Both the position numbers and the translations under genes were made by a program. Below, piece after piece: positions 49,355 through 63,169 of a stretch of 64,000 nt of DNA (positions are counted from its first letter, which is position 1; every line of letters begins with the position of its first letter). A model generated the notes under the pieces. It was given only the letters and a program-made list of their open reading frames with translations, ran no database searches and had not been told where the DNA came from. The stretch is from the human T2T-CHM13v2.0 reference genome, Homo sapiens, in NCBI RefSeq assembly GCF_009914755.1, contig NC_060947.1; one strand, given 5' to 3'.

Positions 49355-49536
49355 TTCCCTCCCCTGCGTCCTCTTCCCCTCCCTTTCAGTTTCCCTTCCC
49401 CCTCCATACCACTTTCACCTCTGTCCCCCCTCCTTCTCTGTTTTCTTGCACCACCTCCCCACCTCCCTTCCCTCCTTTCTCTCCAACCTCCAACTCCCCT
49501 CTCTATTTCCCTTCCTCCCCAGCCAGTCTCCTCTCT
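49355..49536. repeat. CT-rich low-complexity (polypyrimidine) tract
   Basis: About 180 bp composed almost entirely of C/T on the + strand. Confidence 0.85.
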
Positions 49537-50208
49537 TGGAGGGGGCCCTGTCGCCTTGCGGAGCTGCATAGCATAGGGGTTGCTGCCCCTGGCTTTAGCT
49601 TCTCCACTATCCTTCCCCATTCTTCACTGCCAGCCCAGAAAATATGCTATCTCCCTTGCCAGATGGAGGAGGAGGCCAGGATCAAGTCCCCTTCCCCTCC
49701 TGCTCTCCTGCCCTCCTGCCTGGGGGGTGGGGAGAGGCATTGGGTCCCAAATGCGGGGCCAGTGGGCATGAGGAGGAAGCCCTTGTCCTTGCCCCAGGAA
49801 GCCTACTGCCAGTGTGAGTGACAGAGACAAGCAGGGATAGAATCTGCCGGGGTGTTGGGGCGGATCTGTCTAGGCCTCCCCATCCACCACTCCACGCTCC
49901 CTTCCTATACACACCCAATGGCCCCCAGTGCTGCTCAGAATGCCCAAAAAGGAAGGAATGAGGGATGGCAGGGCTGCATGTCACATGGATGCATTCTAGG
50001 CACTGCGTGGCTTCTTTCTGCTGGACAAGCTGTGATAAAGGTCGTGCTGGTGGGAAATATTATGGGGTGACTGTCAAGGGCGCCCCTCCACCATTTCAAA
50101 GCAAGTCCTCAAGCTGTGGAGGGGCGCACATGTGTCCCTTAGGAGAACTAGGGTGGGGAATGTGAAGAGAAAACAGCATTGATATCAGGCAGTCTGGCCT
50201 CGGCCAAC

Positions 50209-50356
50209 ATTTATTTATTTATTTATTTATTTATTTTTCTACAGATGGAGTCTCCCTATGTTGCCCAGGCTGGTCTCAAACTCCTGGGCTCAAGGAATCC
50301 TCCCACCTCAGCCTCCCAAAGTGTGGGATTACAGGTGTGAGCCACCACACAGGACC
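50209..50356 (-). mobile_element. FLAM / Alu left monomer
   Basis: (TTTA)n tail + monomer; TSD approx cctc(g/a)gcca. Confidence 0.85.
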
Positions 50357-50600
50357 TCAGCCACCACTTAAGTGGGTGACCTTGGTCAAGTAACTGACGC
50401 CCTTTGGGTCTCATTTTTGACCTCCGTCAAATATTTTGGCCTTTGTGGCCCCAGAGGTGCCTTTTAGCACCGGCATTCAGTGATTACGAGTGACTTTCCT
50501 ATCTTCCTCAGTCTTCCTGGTGCTGCTTGGCCAGCTGACAAGCAGCCATACTTTCTATTTCTTCAGAGCCTCAGCAACATGCTGGCATTCCCTGCGTACC

Positions 50601-50790
50601 CTAGAGTGGTTCTCCAAGTGAGCCTCTGGGCCACTAACATCAGTGTCACTGGGAGCTTATCTGTGACACAGATCCCTGGGCCTCCACTCCGGATTTGCTG
50701 ACTCAGCAACTCTGGGGGTGGCACCCAGTAATCTGGGTTTTAGCAAGCCTCTGGGGTGATTCCAGTGCACAGGGACATCTGAGAACTGCT
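50601..50790. mobile_element. MER5A MITE
   Basis: agtggttctccaagtg...catcagtgtcactgggagctt...ctctgggggtggcacccagtaatctg...tgagaactgct. Confidence 0.8.
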
Positions 50791-50902
50791 TTACTGAACT
50801 GTATGTGTTACTGCAGGGAGCAGGGGAGCAGTTAAGCCTAAAGTTTGGGCAATAGACCCATTCCTGGGAGTTGACATTCAGTTAGAGGTTGCACGCATGC
50901 AC

Positions 50903-50903
<1 letters not shown>

Positions 50904-50947
<44 letters not shown>
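50904..50947. repeat. (CA)n microsatellite
   Basis: About 22 CA units. Confidence 0.95.
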
Positions 50948-50949
<2 letters not shown>

Positions 50950-51021
50950 TAGCACTTACTCTGTTTGCACAATAGTCCCTGACCCATCCACCCTTCTGTT
51001 GTCAGCCTTGAATTAGATTTG

Positions 51022-51136
51022 TTATTGTATTTTATTTGTTTTAATTATATGGAACACTTCGTGAACTTGTGCAGGGGCCATGCTAATCTTATCTATATAG
51101 TTCCAACTTTAGTATATGTGTTGCTGAAATGAGCAC
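51022..51136 (-). pseudogene. U6 snRNA retropseudogene
   Basis: Reverse complement gtgctcatttcagcaacacatatactaaagttggaac...gattagcatggcccctgcacaag...ttccatat aligns to U6 from nt 1; decayed poly-A (51022-51045), TSD ttgaattagatttg/tcaaattaggtttg; 13-nt internal deletion. Confidence 0.92.
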
Positions 51137-51149
51137 TCAAATTAGGTTT

Positions 51150-51682
51150 GATTACAGCAAAATTAAGGATTCCTTTCCATGAAGGACAGCACAGATAGAA
51201 TTAACAGACAGACAACAGATGGGGAGACGATATTTGCTGTTTAAAAGCAACAGGAGATTAATGGATAAAATATGCAAGAACATTCTGCAAAACAACAAGA
51301 AAAAGACCCAACAGGAAAATGAGCAAAGCATATGCATAGGCAATTCTTAGGAGAAGAAACTGAAAAGGCTGGCAAGTAAGTATGTGAAGAGATGCTGGGA
51401 TCCCAGATTCATTAGTAATCGGAGAAATGGAAATGACAACAATGACATAGGATACACACATGTCAGATTGGCAAAAATCAGCTGTATGATGCCAAGTGTT
51501 GGCTAGAATAAGCAGAAGGAGGAACCATTGTGTGCCGCTGCTGGGAGTCCTGCTAGATGGATGCAGGCGCTTTGGAGAGCCACCTAGTAGCATTTAGCCA
51601 AATCTTGTCTGTGCCCACACTGTCCCAGTAAGCCCATTCTTGGGTATAACCTCAAGAAATTCTCCTGCAGGCCCACAAAGGG
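51150..51682 (+). mobile_element. Old L1ME fragment (continues ~52610-52800)
   Basis: gacagacaacagatggggagacgatatttgc...gaaaaatgagcaaagcatatgcataggcaattc...cattagtaatcggagaaatg. Confidence 0.65.
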
Positions 51683-51687
51683 ACTGA

Positions 51688-52608
51688 GTATCTTGTGGCT
51701 GCTGTAACAAAATATCACAAACTCAATGGCTCAAAACAACAGAAATGTATTCTCTGATACTTCTGGAGTCAAGAGGTCCAAAATCAGTATCCTTTGGCCG
51801 AACCCCAGATGTCAGCAGGGCTATGCTCTCTCAGGAGGTTCTGGGGGGTCTCCACTCCTTGCTTCTTCCAGCTTCTGGTGGCTGCCAGCCTTCCCTGGTC
51901 TGCGGCTGCATCGCTTTGATGTTCAAGGCCAGCATCTTCGAATCTCTCCGCTCCCTCTTCACTCTGCCTTCTCTGTGTGAGTGTCAAATCTACCTCTGCT
52001 TCTCTTTTATAAGGATATAAGAGTAGTGGGCTGAATAATGTCCCCCCAAATTCACATTCACTTAGAACCTCAGAAAGTGACCTTATTTGGAAATAGGGTC
52101 TTTGAAGATGTAATTTGTTAAGATGAGGTCATACTGGAGTAGGAGGGGCCCTTAATCCAATTTCTGCTGTCCTTATAAGAGGACAAAAGGACAGAGAGAC
52201 AGGGAAGACCATGTGAAGACGAGGCAGAGGTTGGAGTGATGCTGCCACAAACCAAGGAACACCTGAGTCCACTAGAATCCGGAAGAGGCAAGGAGGGGAT
52301 TCGGAGGCACTGTGGCCCTCCTGACACCTTGATTTCAGACTTCTGGCCTCCAGAACAGTGAGAGAGTAGATTTCTATTGTCTTAAGCCACCAAATTTGTG
52401 GTACAGTACTTTGTTACAGCAACCACAGAAAACCAATACAACATGTGACTTCCTTTCCAGCCCACCCTGATAACCCAGGATAATCTCCCCATCTCAAAAT
52501 CCTCAACACGATCACATCCGCAAAGACCCTTTTTCCATATAAGGCAACATTCACAGACTCCAAGCATTAGGACCTGATACCTTTGGGGTCCATCTTGAGC
52601 CTGCTATA
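51688..52608 (-). mobile_element. MLT1C/D-like LTR split by opposite-strand MLT1
   Basis: gtggctgctgtaacaaaatatcacaaac...cttttataaggata, resumes catgtgac...gataacccaggataatctccccatctcaaaatcc. Confidence 0.8.
52022..52443 (+). mobile_element. MLT1B-like solo LTR nested in another MLT1
   Basis: gtgggctgaataatgtccccccaaattcac...accttatttggaaatagggtctttg...agcaaccacagaaaaccaataca. Confidence 0.85.
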
Positions 52609-52826
52609 GGGACCCATGCAAGGATGTTTATTGTACAGAGCCTGTGCTAGGACAGAATTGGAGGCAATCCAGGTGTCCACCACTGGGGAAAAATAGAAGC
52701 AAATGAGTGGTTACAAGCAACTCAGGAACACACAGCAGCATGGACAGTTAACACACACAGGGCTCAGTGGAAAAGCACCCAGTAAGAGACTGAACACACT
52801 CTCCAGGCCACTACCACTTATGTTTA

Positions 52827-52833
<7 letters not shown>

Positions 52834-52867
<34 letters not shown>
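52834..52867. repeat. (CA)n microsatellite
   Basis: About 17 CA units. Confidence 0.9.
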
Positions 52868-52868
<1 letters not shown>

Positions 52869-53156
52869 CTCTACACAGTTTGACAGAGCACACACTTGAG
52901 TGGTTGCCACTGAGGGGAGGAGCATTAGAGTGGAAAACAGTAATTAAAAAGACTGGAGAGATGGATAGATTGATTCAGCCAGAGAAGAATCTCACAGACC
53001 AATGATGGTGAGATCATGAATTGAGAAGCAACATTACCTGAAAGCCAAACAAACAAACAAACAAATGGAAAGAAAAAGTCTGTGAGAGGTCCTTTCTGGG
53101 GAAAGCTGGCCACCTCTGCAAGTGCCTGGTGTGTTTTGCATAAAGACACATGGTCC

Positions 53157-53760
<604 letters not shown>

Positions 53761-54248
53761 CTAGGGACCTTCATCCTTCCCTACTGTTTGGGGAGGGTGG
53801 AACCATGTGGCCTGCAGAATGGAGAGAGGACATCCTCCCTAGCAACACCAAGGAACAAAGGAAGCCACACTAATGCCATTTGCTGTTGCCTGCCAGTTGT
53901 GTTCCATCTGCTGCACTGAGTGTTCCCTCCCAGCAGCCTTGAGCAGCCAGCTGGCATTGTTGGCTCATCCACTGGTCTTAGTTAGGCTTCCCATTATTTG
54001 ATTCATTCTTGGAACACACCCTGGCCTTCCTCTTTCCGGATGCAATACTTCTCTCAGTGCCACTTGGTCAAGTAGCAGGGATGAGGCCAGTGGCCCTGGA
54101 AATAGGCATCTAAACGGTCGCGAATTCGGAATCAGCTTGGTAAACGGTCAGTCATTTTTAACCCCTGGAGAGGGTTTGGATCTTGTTTGTTTAATGCCCC
54201 ATTGGGTTCCTCATAGTTCCTTGTAAAGTTCCCTTTGAAAATGCCGTC

Positions 54249-54591
<343 letters not shown>

Positions 54592-55495
54592 CTATCTTGA
54601 CTATGCTTGGGAAGGAAAGAGAACCTGACTTTTAATGTCTTGTCTGTTAGTACCAAGGCCAGAGGGAAAAGGGGAGTAATATTTTATTATAACCTTTTCT
54701 TTATCCTCCACAAAGGCCTTTTAGCAGAACTGACCTTAAATGTTTTAAAATCTAACAACAACAAGAAAAATGTGATGTGGCATTCACCTGTGCTCTTATC
54801 TGGGCTCTTCTTGATCCACTTAGGGATTCATATTTCCGGGTTCACCGACAGCTGGTTAACTTTGCTATTCATTCCTGCCCACCTCCTCACACCCACTGTT
54901 GCAGTCATACCCACGAGACTCAATTTGCAAATACAGGTGAGGAATCAGGCAGTAATTTTTCATCTCCGAAGATGCCTTAACAGCCTGCTCCAGGTCTGTG
55001 CTCTTCATGAGCAAATACTTCATTTGAGCCTCGCCATATTTGACACAGCTGGCAGTCCCTGTTCAAAACTGGAACTAGTGCTAAAAACAAAATTCATATA
55101 GAGACAGCAACGTATTCTTAGTTGTTTGCTTGGGAGACAGGGATTTGGCCAAACCAGGCAAGGGAAGATGAGAGAGCAGGCAGGAGTAACTTGCCTTGTT
55201 TTCCTCCCCATAAGTGTTCCTTGCTGCCTGCTAAGGGAGGCCTTCAGCCAATCACTCAGCCCCTAGAGGCTCAAGTTATTCATCTGTACAATGAGGTTGA
55301 AACTAGACAAGTGTTTTCACACTCTGTTGGTGGAAGGTCCTGGGAGGTGCTTCAGGAGCCACCATTGAGGGGATTTAGCAGGTGGGGATCTGGACCTCCT
55401 TTTTCAATCATCACTCCTCTGTTTGCATCTGTTGTTTCTATAGGCAATGATTTCATTTGAAAAGTAATTGATTTCGGTGCTAAGAAAATCATTAG

Positions 55496-55802
<307 letters not shown>

Positions 55803-55843
55803 GAAAAAGCCCATACCTTGGACTAGATGAACTCTAAGGACTC

Positions 55844-56420
55844 TGTGTTAGTTTCCTGGGCTGCCATAACAAAGTACTACAAACTAGGGGGCTTTGAACA
55901 ACAGGAATATTTAGCCTTTCACGGTTCTGGAGGCCGGAAGTCTAAAATCAGTATCTCTGGGTTGAAACCAAGGTGCTGGCAGGGCCCTGTTTCCTCTGGA
56001 AGCTCAAAGGGAGAATCCATTCCTTGTCTCTTCCAGCTTCTGGCAACTTCCTGCATTTCTTGGCTTAAGGATGCATCACTCTGATCTTTAAGACCAGCAT
56101 CTTCAAATCTGTCTCTGCTCCAGCTTCACATCACCTTCTCATCTGTGCATCAAATCTTTCTCTGCCTCCCTCATAAGGATATACGTGGTTGCATGTAGGA
56201 CCTACCCAGATAATCCAGAATAGTGTCCCCATCTCAAAATCCTAAACATGATCACATGTACATAAACCTCATTTTATTTATTTATTTATTTTTGCCATTT
56301 AAATTAACATTATTGTGGGTAATAAGAGAGAGAGGAAACAAAACAAGTAAGTTAACACTTACAGGTTTTGGTGATTAGAATGTGGATCTCTACTGGGGGA
56401 CCAGTTTGTAGCCTACCACA
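55844..56420 (-). mobile_element. MLT1C/D-like solo LTR
   Basis: tgtgttagtttcctgggctgccataacaaagtactacaaact...cagataatccagaatag...gcctaccaca. Confidence 0.85.
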
Positions 56421-56520
56421 GGCCCTTTCAAAAATCAGGTTCTAAGATCCCCTTTCCCCCAAATAATTCCTATCTCAGTAGCTTTCTATACATTCTTATG
56501 TCTTAAAGAACCTAAAAGAA

Positions 56521-56870
56521 GACCGGGTACGGTAGCTCACGCTTATAATCCCAGCACTTTGGGAGGTCAAGGTGGGTGGATCATGAGGTCAGGAGTTCAA
56601 GACCAGCCTGGCCAACATGGTGAAACCCCTGTCTCCACTAAAAACAAAAAAATTAGCTGGGCGTGGTGGCAGGTGCTGGTAATCCCAGGTACTCGGGAGG
56701 CTGAGGCAGAGAATTGCTCAAACCTGGGAGGCGGAGGTCGCAGTGAGCCGAGATCACACCACTGCACTCCAGCCTGGACAACAGAGTGAGACTCTGTCTA
56801 AAAACAAACAAACAAACAAAAAAACCAAAAAACAAACAAACAAACAAAAAACTAAAAAACAAAACCGAAA
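56521..56870 (+). mobile_element. AluS
   Basis: Full dimer, long A/C tail. Confidence 0.95.
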
Positions 56871-56893
56871 AGTACAGCATTACTTTTTATTTA

Positions 56894-57461
<568 letters not shown>

Positions 57462-57775
57462 TTAAGCTCTTTCCTTTTCCCTGTGACCTGGCAACATCCT
57501 GTCCACCCCCTGATAGTGGGGATGACATATGTGAGGACTCCCAGATCCTCAGAATTACCTCACAGGTACCTGTACCTTCTAGGATCTATTTGAAAAATGT
57601 TTTGTTGCATAGGTTTTTTTCTCCCTTTATACTGTATTTTTTCTGGTCATAAAAGTAATTCCTGATTCGTATCAAATAGTATAAAGAAGTAGAATTTTTT
57701 AAGATACTCTACCTCCAAAAAAAAAAAAAAAAAGAAAAGAAAGAAAAAAGAAATAGAATAAAAGATCACCTGTTG

Positions 57776-58059
57776 GGCCAGGCGCAGTGGCTCATGCCTG
57801 TAATCCCAGCACTTTGCAAGGCCGAGGCGGGTGGATCACGAGGTCAGGAGTTTGAGACCAGCCTGGCCAACATAGTGAAACCCCGTCTCTACTAAAAATA
57901 CAAAAAATTGGCTGGGCGTGGTGGCAGGTGCCTCTAGTCCCACCTACTCAGGAGGCTAAGGCAGAAGAATCGCTTGAACCTGGGAGGTGGAGGTTGCAGT
58001 GAGCCGAGATCGAGCACTCCAGCCTGGGCAACAGAGCGAGACTCCGTCTAAAAAAAAAA
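57776..58059 (+). mobile_element. AluS (Sg-like)
   Basis: Full dimer; TSD approx aaagat..cc.gtt. Confidence 0.95.
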
Positions 58060-58094
58060 GATTGCCCGTTATTTCACCTTTCTAGGACAATCAC

Positions 58095-58312
58095 ATTTAT
58101 TGAATGCTTCCATATGTGCCTGGACCTTGATACAGTGCACTCCATACTTTTTCCCTACAATTGTCACAATAATCCTATGAAGTGGGTATTATCAGACCCA
58201 TTTTATCAGTGAGGAAACTGAGATACAGAGAGGGTCAGCAACCAGCCCAAGGGTGCTCAGCTAGGAACAGACAGAGTTGAGGCATAAACCCAGGTCTCTC
58301 TGACTCCAAAGC
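58095..58312 (-). mobile_element. MIR
   Basis: catttattgaatgctt...cccattttatcagtgaggaaactgag...cccaggtctctctgactccaaagcc. Confidence 0.8.
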
Positions 58313-58319
58313 CTGTGTG

Positions 58320-58554
58320 TTTTTATTTATTTTTTATTTATTTTTGTTTTTTTGACAGGGTCTCTGCCCTGTTGCCCAGGCTGGAGTGCAATGGCGTAAT
58401 CATGCCTCACTGCAGCTTTGACCTGTTGGGCTCAAATAATCCTCCCACCTCAGCCTCCTGAGTAGCTGGAACTACAGCTACAGCATGCACCACCACACCC
58501 AGCTAATTTTTTCATCTTTGGCAGAGGCAGGATCTCACTACGTTGCCCAGGCTG
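58320..58554 (-). mobile_element. AluJ (partial)
   Basis: Antisense; TSD agcctgtg. Confidence 0.85.
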
Positions 58555-58816
58555 GGAGCCTGTGCTTTTGACCTCTGCACCCACCACATGCCCGCAGTAC
58601 AATTTTGTATTCAAAGCTCTCAAGACAACATGACAGCAAGACTATATGCCCACCAGGACATACCCCCACCAGGATGTATCCTCACCTGGACTCAGTTATA
58701 TTCCAGCCTGCTCAAAGTCTCATTCTGCAAGGCTGTTGTACCATTCTGAGTTTCTGGAGGTGAAGTGCAGCTGGTGGGGTACTCATATGGATACAAATTG
58801 ATCAAGAGGTTTGGGA

Positions 58817-58950
58817 AGCCAGGTGCTGTGGTTCACACCCATAATCCCAGAACTTTGGGAGGTTGAGGTGGGAGGATCGCTTGAGCCTAGGAGTTGGAGA
58901 CCAGCCTGGACAACAAAGTGAGACCCCATCTCTCCAAAACAAAACAAAAA
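58817..58950 (+). mobile_element. FLAM / Alu left monomer
   Basis: Monomer; TSD approx agagg(t/c)ttggg. Confidence 0.85.
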
Positions 58951-59409
58951 TAGAGGCTTGGGTAAAACAAGATCCGTCAGCAGGGCCTGAGAAGTCTGTC
59001 CCCACCCTCGCCATTTGGAGGGAGGGGCAGAGTGGTATATTCCAAAGGCCAGTTCATACACTCAGATCAACCGGAATGGCACCAACTCTATGGAGTGGCT
59101 TTGCTGGGGTAGGGGACAGGTGAGATGGTGGGAGATCACTTACACTTCTCTCAGGCTTAAGTGAACTATCTCGCCATCTACATCCACTTTCTTTATTTCC
59201 TTTCCTAGAGAATGATGTGCCTCCTTTTCCCCTGATGCTGTATAAACATAGCTCACAACCAACACAGCTCACAACTAACACACCAGCATGCTTGCCAATC
59301 AAACGCTGTGTTGCTGTGCTGGCTCATTTCAATCTAAGGCAGGCATTGGCATCCAGGAGTTTGGAGTTTGCTCCAAAGTTTTCTAGTTTTCATTTTGGTG
59401 AAAGAGGCG

Positions 59410-59600
59410 GGCAGTGTGGTGCAGTGGACAGAGCCCTGGGCCATGAGGCAGGAGCCCCGGGTTCTAGGCCCAGCTCTGCCACTAACATTCATGTGACCTT
59501 GAGCCAGCTCCTGGCCCTCCCTGGGACTCAGTTCCCCATCTAGAAAAGGAAAAGTTTACATTAGATGCTAATGGTCCTTCCACTTGGAAAGTTGTATGAT
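59410..59600 (+). mobile_element. MIR
   Basis: ggcagtgtggtgcagtggacagagccctggg...gggttctaggcccagctctgccactaac...cagttccccatct. Confidence 0.75.
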
Positions 59601-59698
59601 TCATAGAGTCTCAACACTCTGGCAAGTTAAGAGCTGATTTGAAAACCAACCATAAATATTTAAATTAAGTAGCAACATATGCTGAGCTTATCACATAA

Positions 59699-60146
<448 letters not shown>

Positions 60147-60549
60147 AGCATCACCCAATTCTTAGGATTAAAGGCAGAAAGCTGGAGGGAGACACTTCCC
60201 AGAGGCCACCGCAGCAGTGGCAGCAGCAACAGCAAGGCCACTGTGGATCTTTCTTTCTCTCTCTTCACCCTTTTTTTCCCTCAGAGCTTTCAGGTTGCTG
60301 CACTTATTACCAAATGATGCTGCCCTTCATCCCTGAACACCGGCAAGCTAATTTAATTCTGTTCCAATTTTACTGGGAGCTCCTAGTAAGGAACAAACCC
60401 TGCAGGGCAATGGGTGGTCTAGAGAGCTCTGGGAGGTGGTTCCCACCCTGGGGGTGCACCAGGTGTGGTGGAAGAGCCCGGCAGGTACCAAACCACCTGG
60501 AACGCCCAGCCCACCCTCAGCTCTGGGCTCTTGCAGAGCTGCCAATCAA

Positions 60550-61118
<569 letters not shown>

Positions 61119-61170
61119 TTGAAGGGTCTTTCTGTGGCTTTCTCTCAAGGTAATGAAGAGTCATGAAGGG

Positions 61171-61476
<306 letters not shown>

Positions 61477-61512
61477 TAAACAAGACAGAAAAATGTGTAT
61501 TTATAAAAATTC

Positions 61513-61660
61513 AGCCAGGTGTGAAGGCTCATCTCTGTAATCTCAGCGCTTTGGGAGGCCAAGGTGGGTGGATTGCTTGAAGCCAGGCGATTTGAGGCCA
61601 AACTGAGCAGCAAAGGGATACCCTGTTACTACAAAAAAATTAAAAATAATAAAAATGTTT
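61513..61660 (+). mobile_element. FLAM / Alu left monomer
   Basis: agccaggtgtgaaggctcatctctgtaatctcagcgctttgggaggcc. Confidence 0.8.
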
Positions 61661-62151
61661 AAAAAGTAAAAAGTTCCCTCCAGATGATAGGAGACGGCTG
61701 AGCAGGGAGACGAGTTAAGGGAGAGACAGATAGACGATCTCTGCTTGGTAGTGAGAGGTGGGGAGGAGCAGCTGGATTCGGACATGTTTAGGATTTGCTG
61801 GTAGCCTGGATACGGGAAGTGAGGGCGAGGGAAGAGCCAGGCGGGACGCTGGGGGGATGGTGGTGCCATTCTCTAAGCACGGATATGGGGGCCGGGGCCG
61901 AGGTTGGGGAATTTAGTTTGGGACACACTGAGGTGAGGTAGTGGCAGGTCACGTAATTGATGACTTCAGCAATTGCCCTCAGGCCCTTTCACCTTTGCTG
62001 CCCTTTTCTCTGGCTGTCTGCAGGCAGAAGAGTCCTGAATGGTCACTGACACCGGACTGTACAGAACGGGAAACAGATGCCCTCTGTGCATCTAACCCTC
62101 TCCTTGTTTGTTTGCTCACTGAAAACAACCAGGCAGTAAAGCCTGTTACAA

Positions 62152-62273
62152 AGACTGAGAGGGGAGGATCACTGGAACTCAGGAGCTCGAGGCTGCTGTG
62201 AGCTATGATTGCACCACTGCACTCCTGCCTGAGCAAAAGAGTGAGATCCTGTCTCAAAAGAATAAAAATAAAA
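62152..62273 (+). mobile_element. Alu right-arm fragment
   Basis: ggaggatcactggaactcaggagctcgaggctgctgtgagctatgattgcaccactgcactcc. Confidence 0.8.
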
Positions 62274-62794
62274 AGACAGAGAGGCAGAGTTCCAGTTTTC
62301 TCACAGATGGCCTGGTATACTTGGACAAAACAGTTGCCTCCTCTGGGTTGCAGTTTTTCCAAAATATGCCAAAACATCCCACGTGATCATTAGGGGGTGC
62401 AAGTCAGACAGCAGATACGCAAGCACCAGGCAAACTGTTAAGGAACAAAATGCAAGGTGGCATCATTACCATTCACATCATGTTCTCCGCTTTGAATTGG
62501 GCCATTTGCTGTTTCTGTTTACAGTTCCTTACTCTTATCATTTTATCTGATTGTACTTTTCTCTGATAACCAGTGAATCATGCAGACCAGGTAAAAACAT
62601 AACCAAAAGTAAATGGAAAGTTGAGATGATAGTCTAGACAAATCATGTTTAAAAGAAAGGTTTTTACTTGAAACATCTTGAGGCAGGCTGATCTGAGAGG
62701 CACAGTGAATCTGACACCAAGCTGTCCAGAATCACTAGAAAAGATGATTACCAAACAAAGGGGATCTGTTTATGAATACAAACATACCTTTTCA

Positions 62795-62968
62795 AATTAG
62801 CTAGGTGTGGTGGCACGCCCCTGTAGTCCCAGATACTGAGGTAGGAAGATCACTTGGGCCCAGGAGTTTGAGATTGCGGTGAGCTGCGATCACGCTACTA
62901 CACTTTCAGCCTGGGTGAGAGAGTGAGACCTCATCTCAAAAAATCCAAAAACCCCGAAACAAAAACAA
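62795..62968 (+). mobile_element. 5'-truncated Alu (right arm)
   Basis: aaattagctaggtgtggtggcacg...; TSD cataccttttc. Confidence 0.85.
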
Positions 62969-63169
62969 ACCATACCTTTTCCAGTTCACTACAAGACCTT
63001 AGAATCGCAGCGTCTTCATCCATTCATTCAGCAACTATTCACTGGGCATATACAATGGACTTTCTTCAAGGCATCTGGGAAACATTAGGAGGAAAACCAA
63101 ACCAAAACAAAACAAAATTTCTGCCCTCTTTTAAGGAGCTTATGCTCCAGTGGCTATTAGTACAAGAAA

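Noticed and set aside
49088-49821. 162-aa and 170-aa Pro/Ser/Leu-rich ORFs
   Set aside because: They result from a C/T-rich low-complexity tract that lacks stop codons.
53780-54097. Possible minus-strand exon after acceptor tatttccAG
   Set aside because: All three frames hit stops, there is no recognisable homology, and no clear donor.
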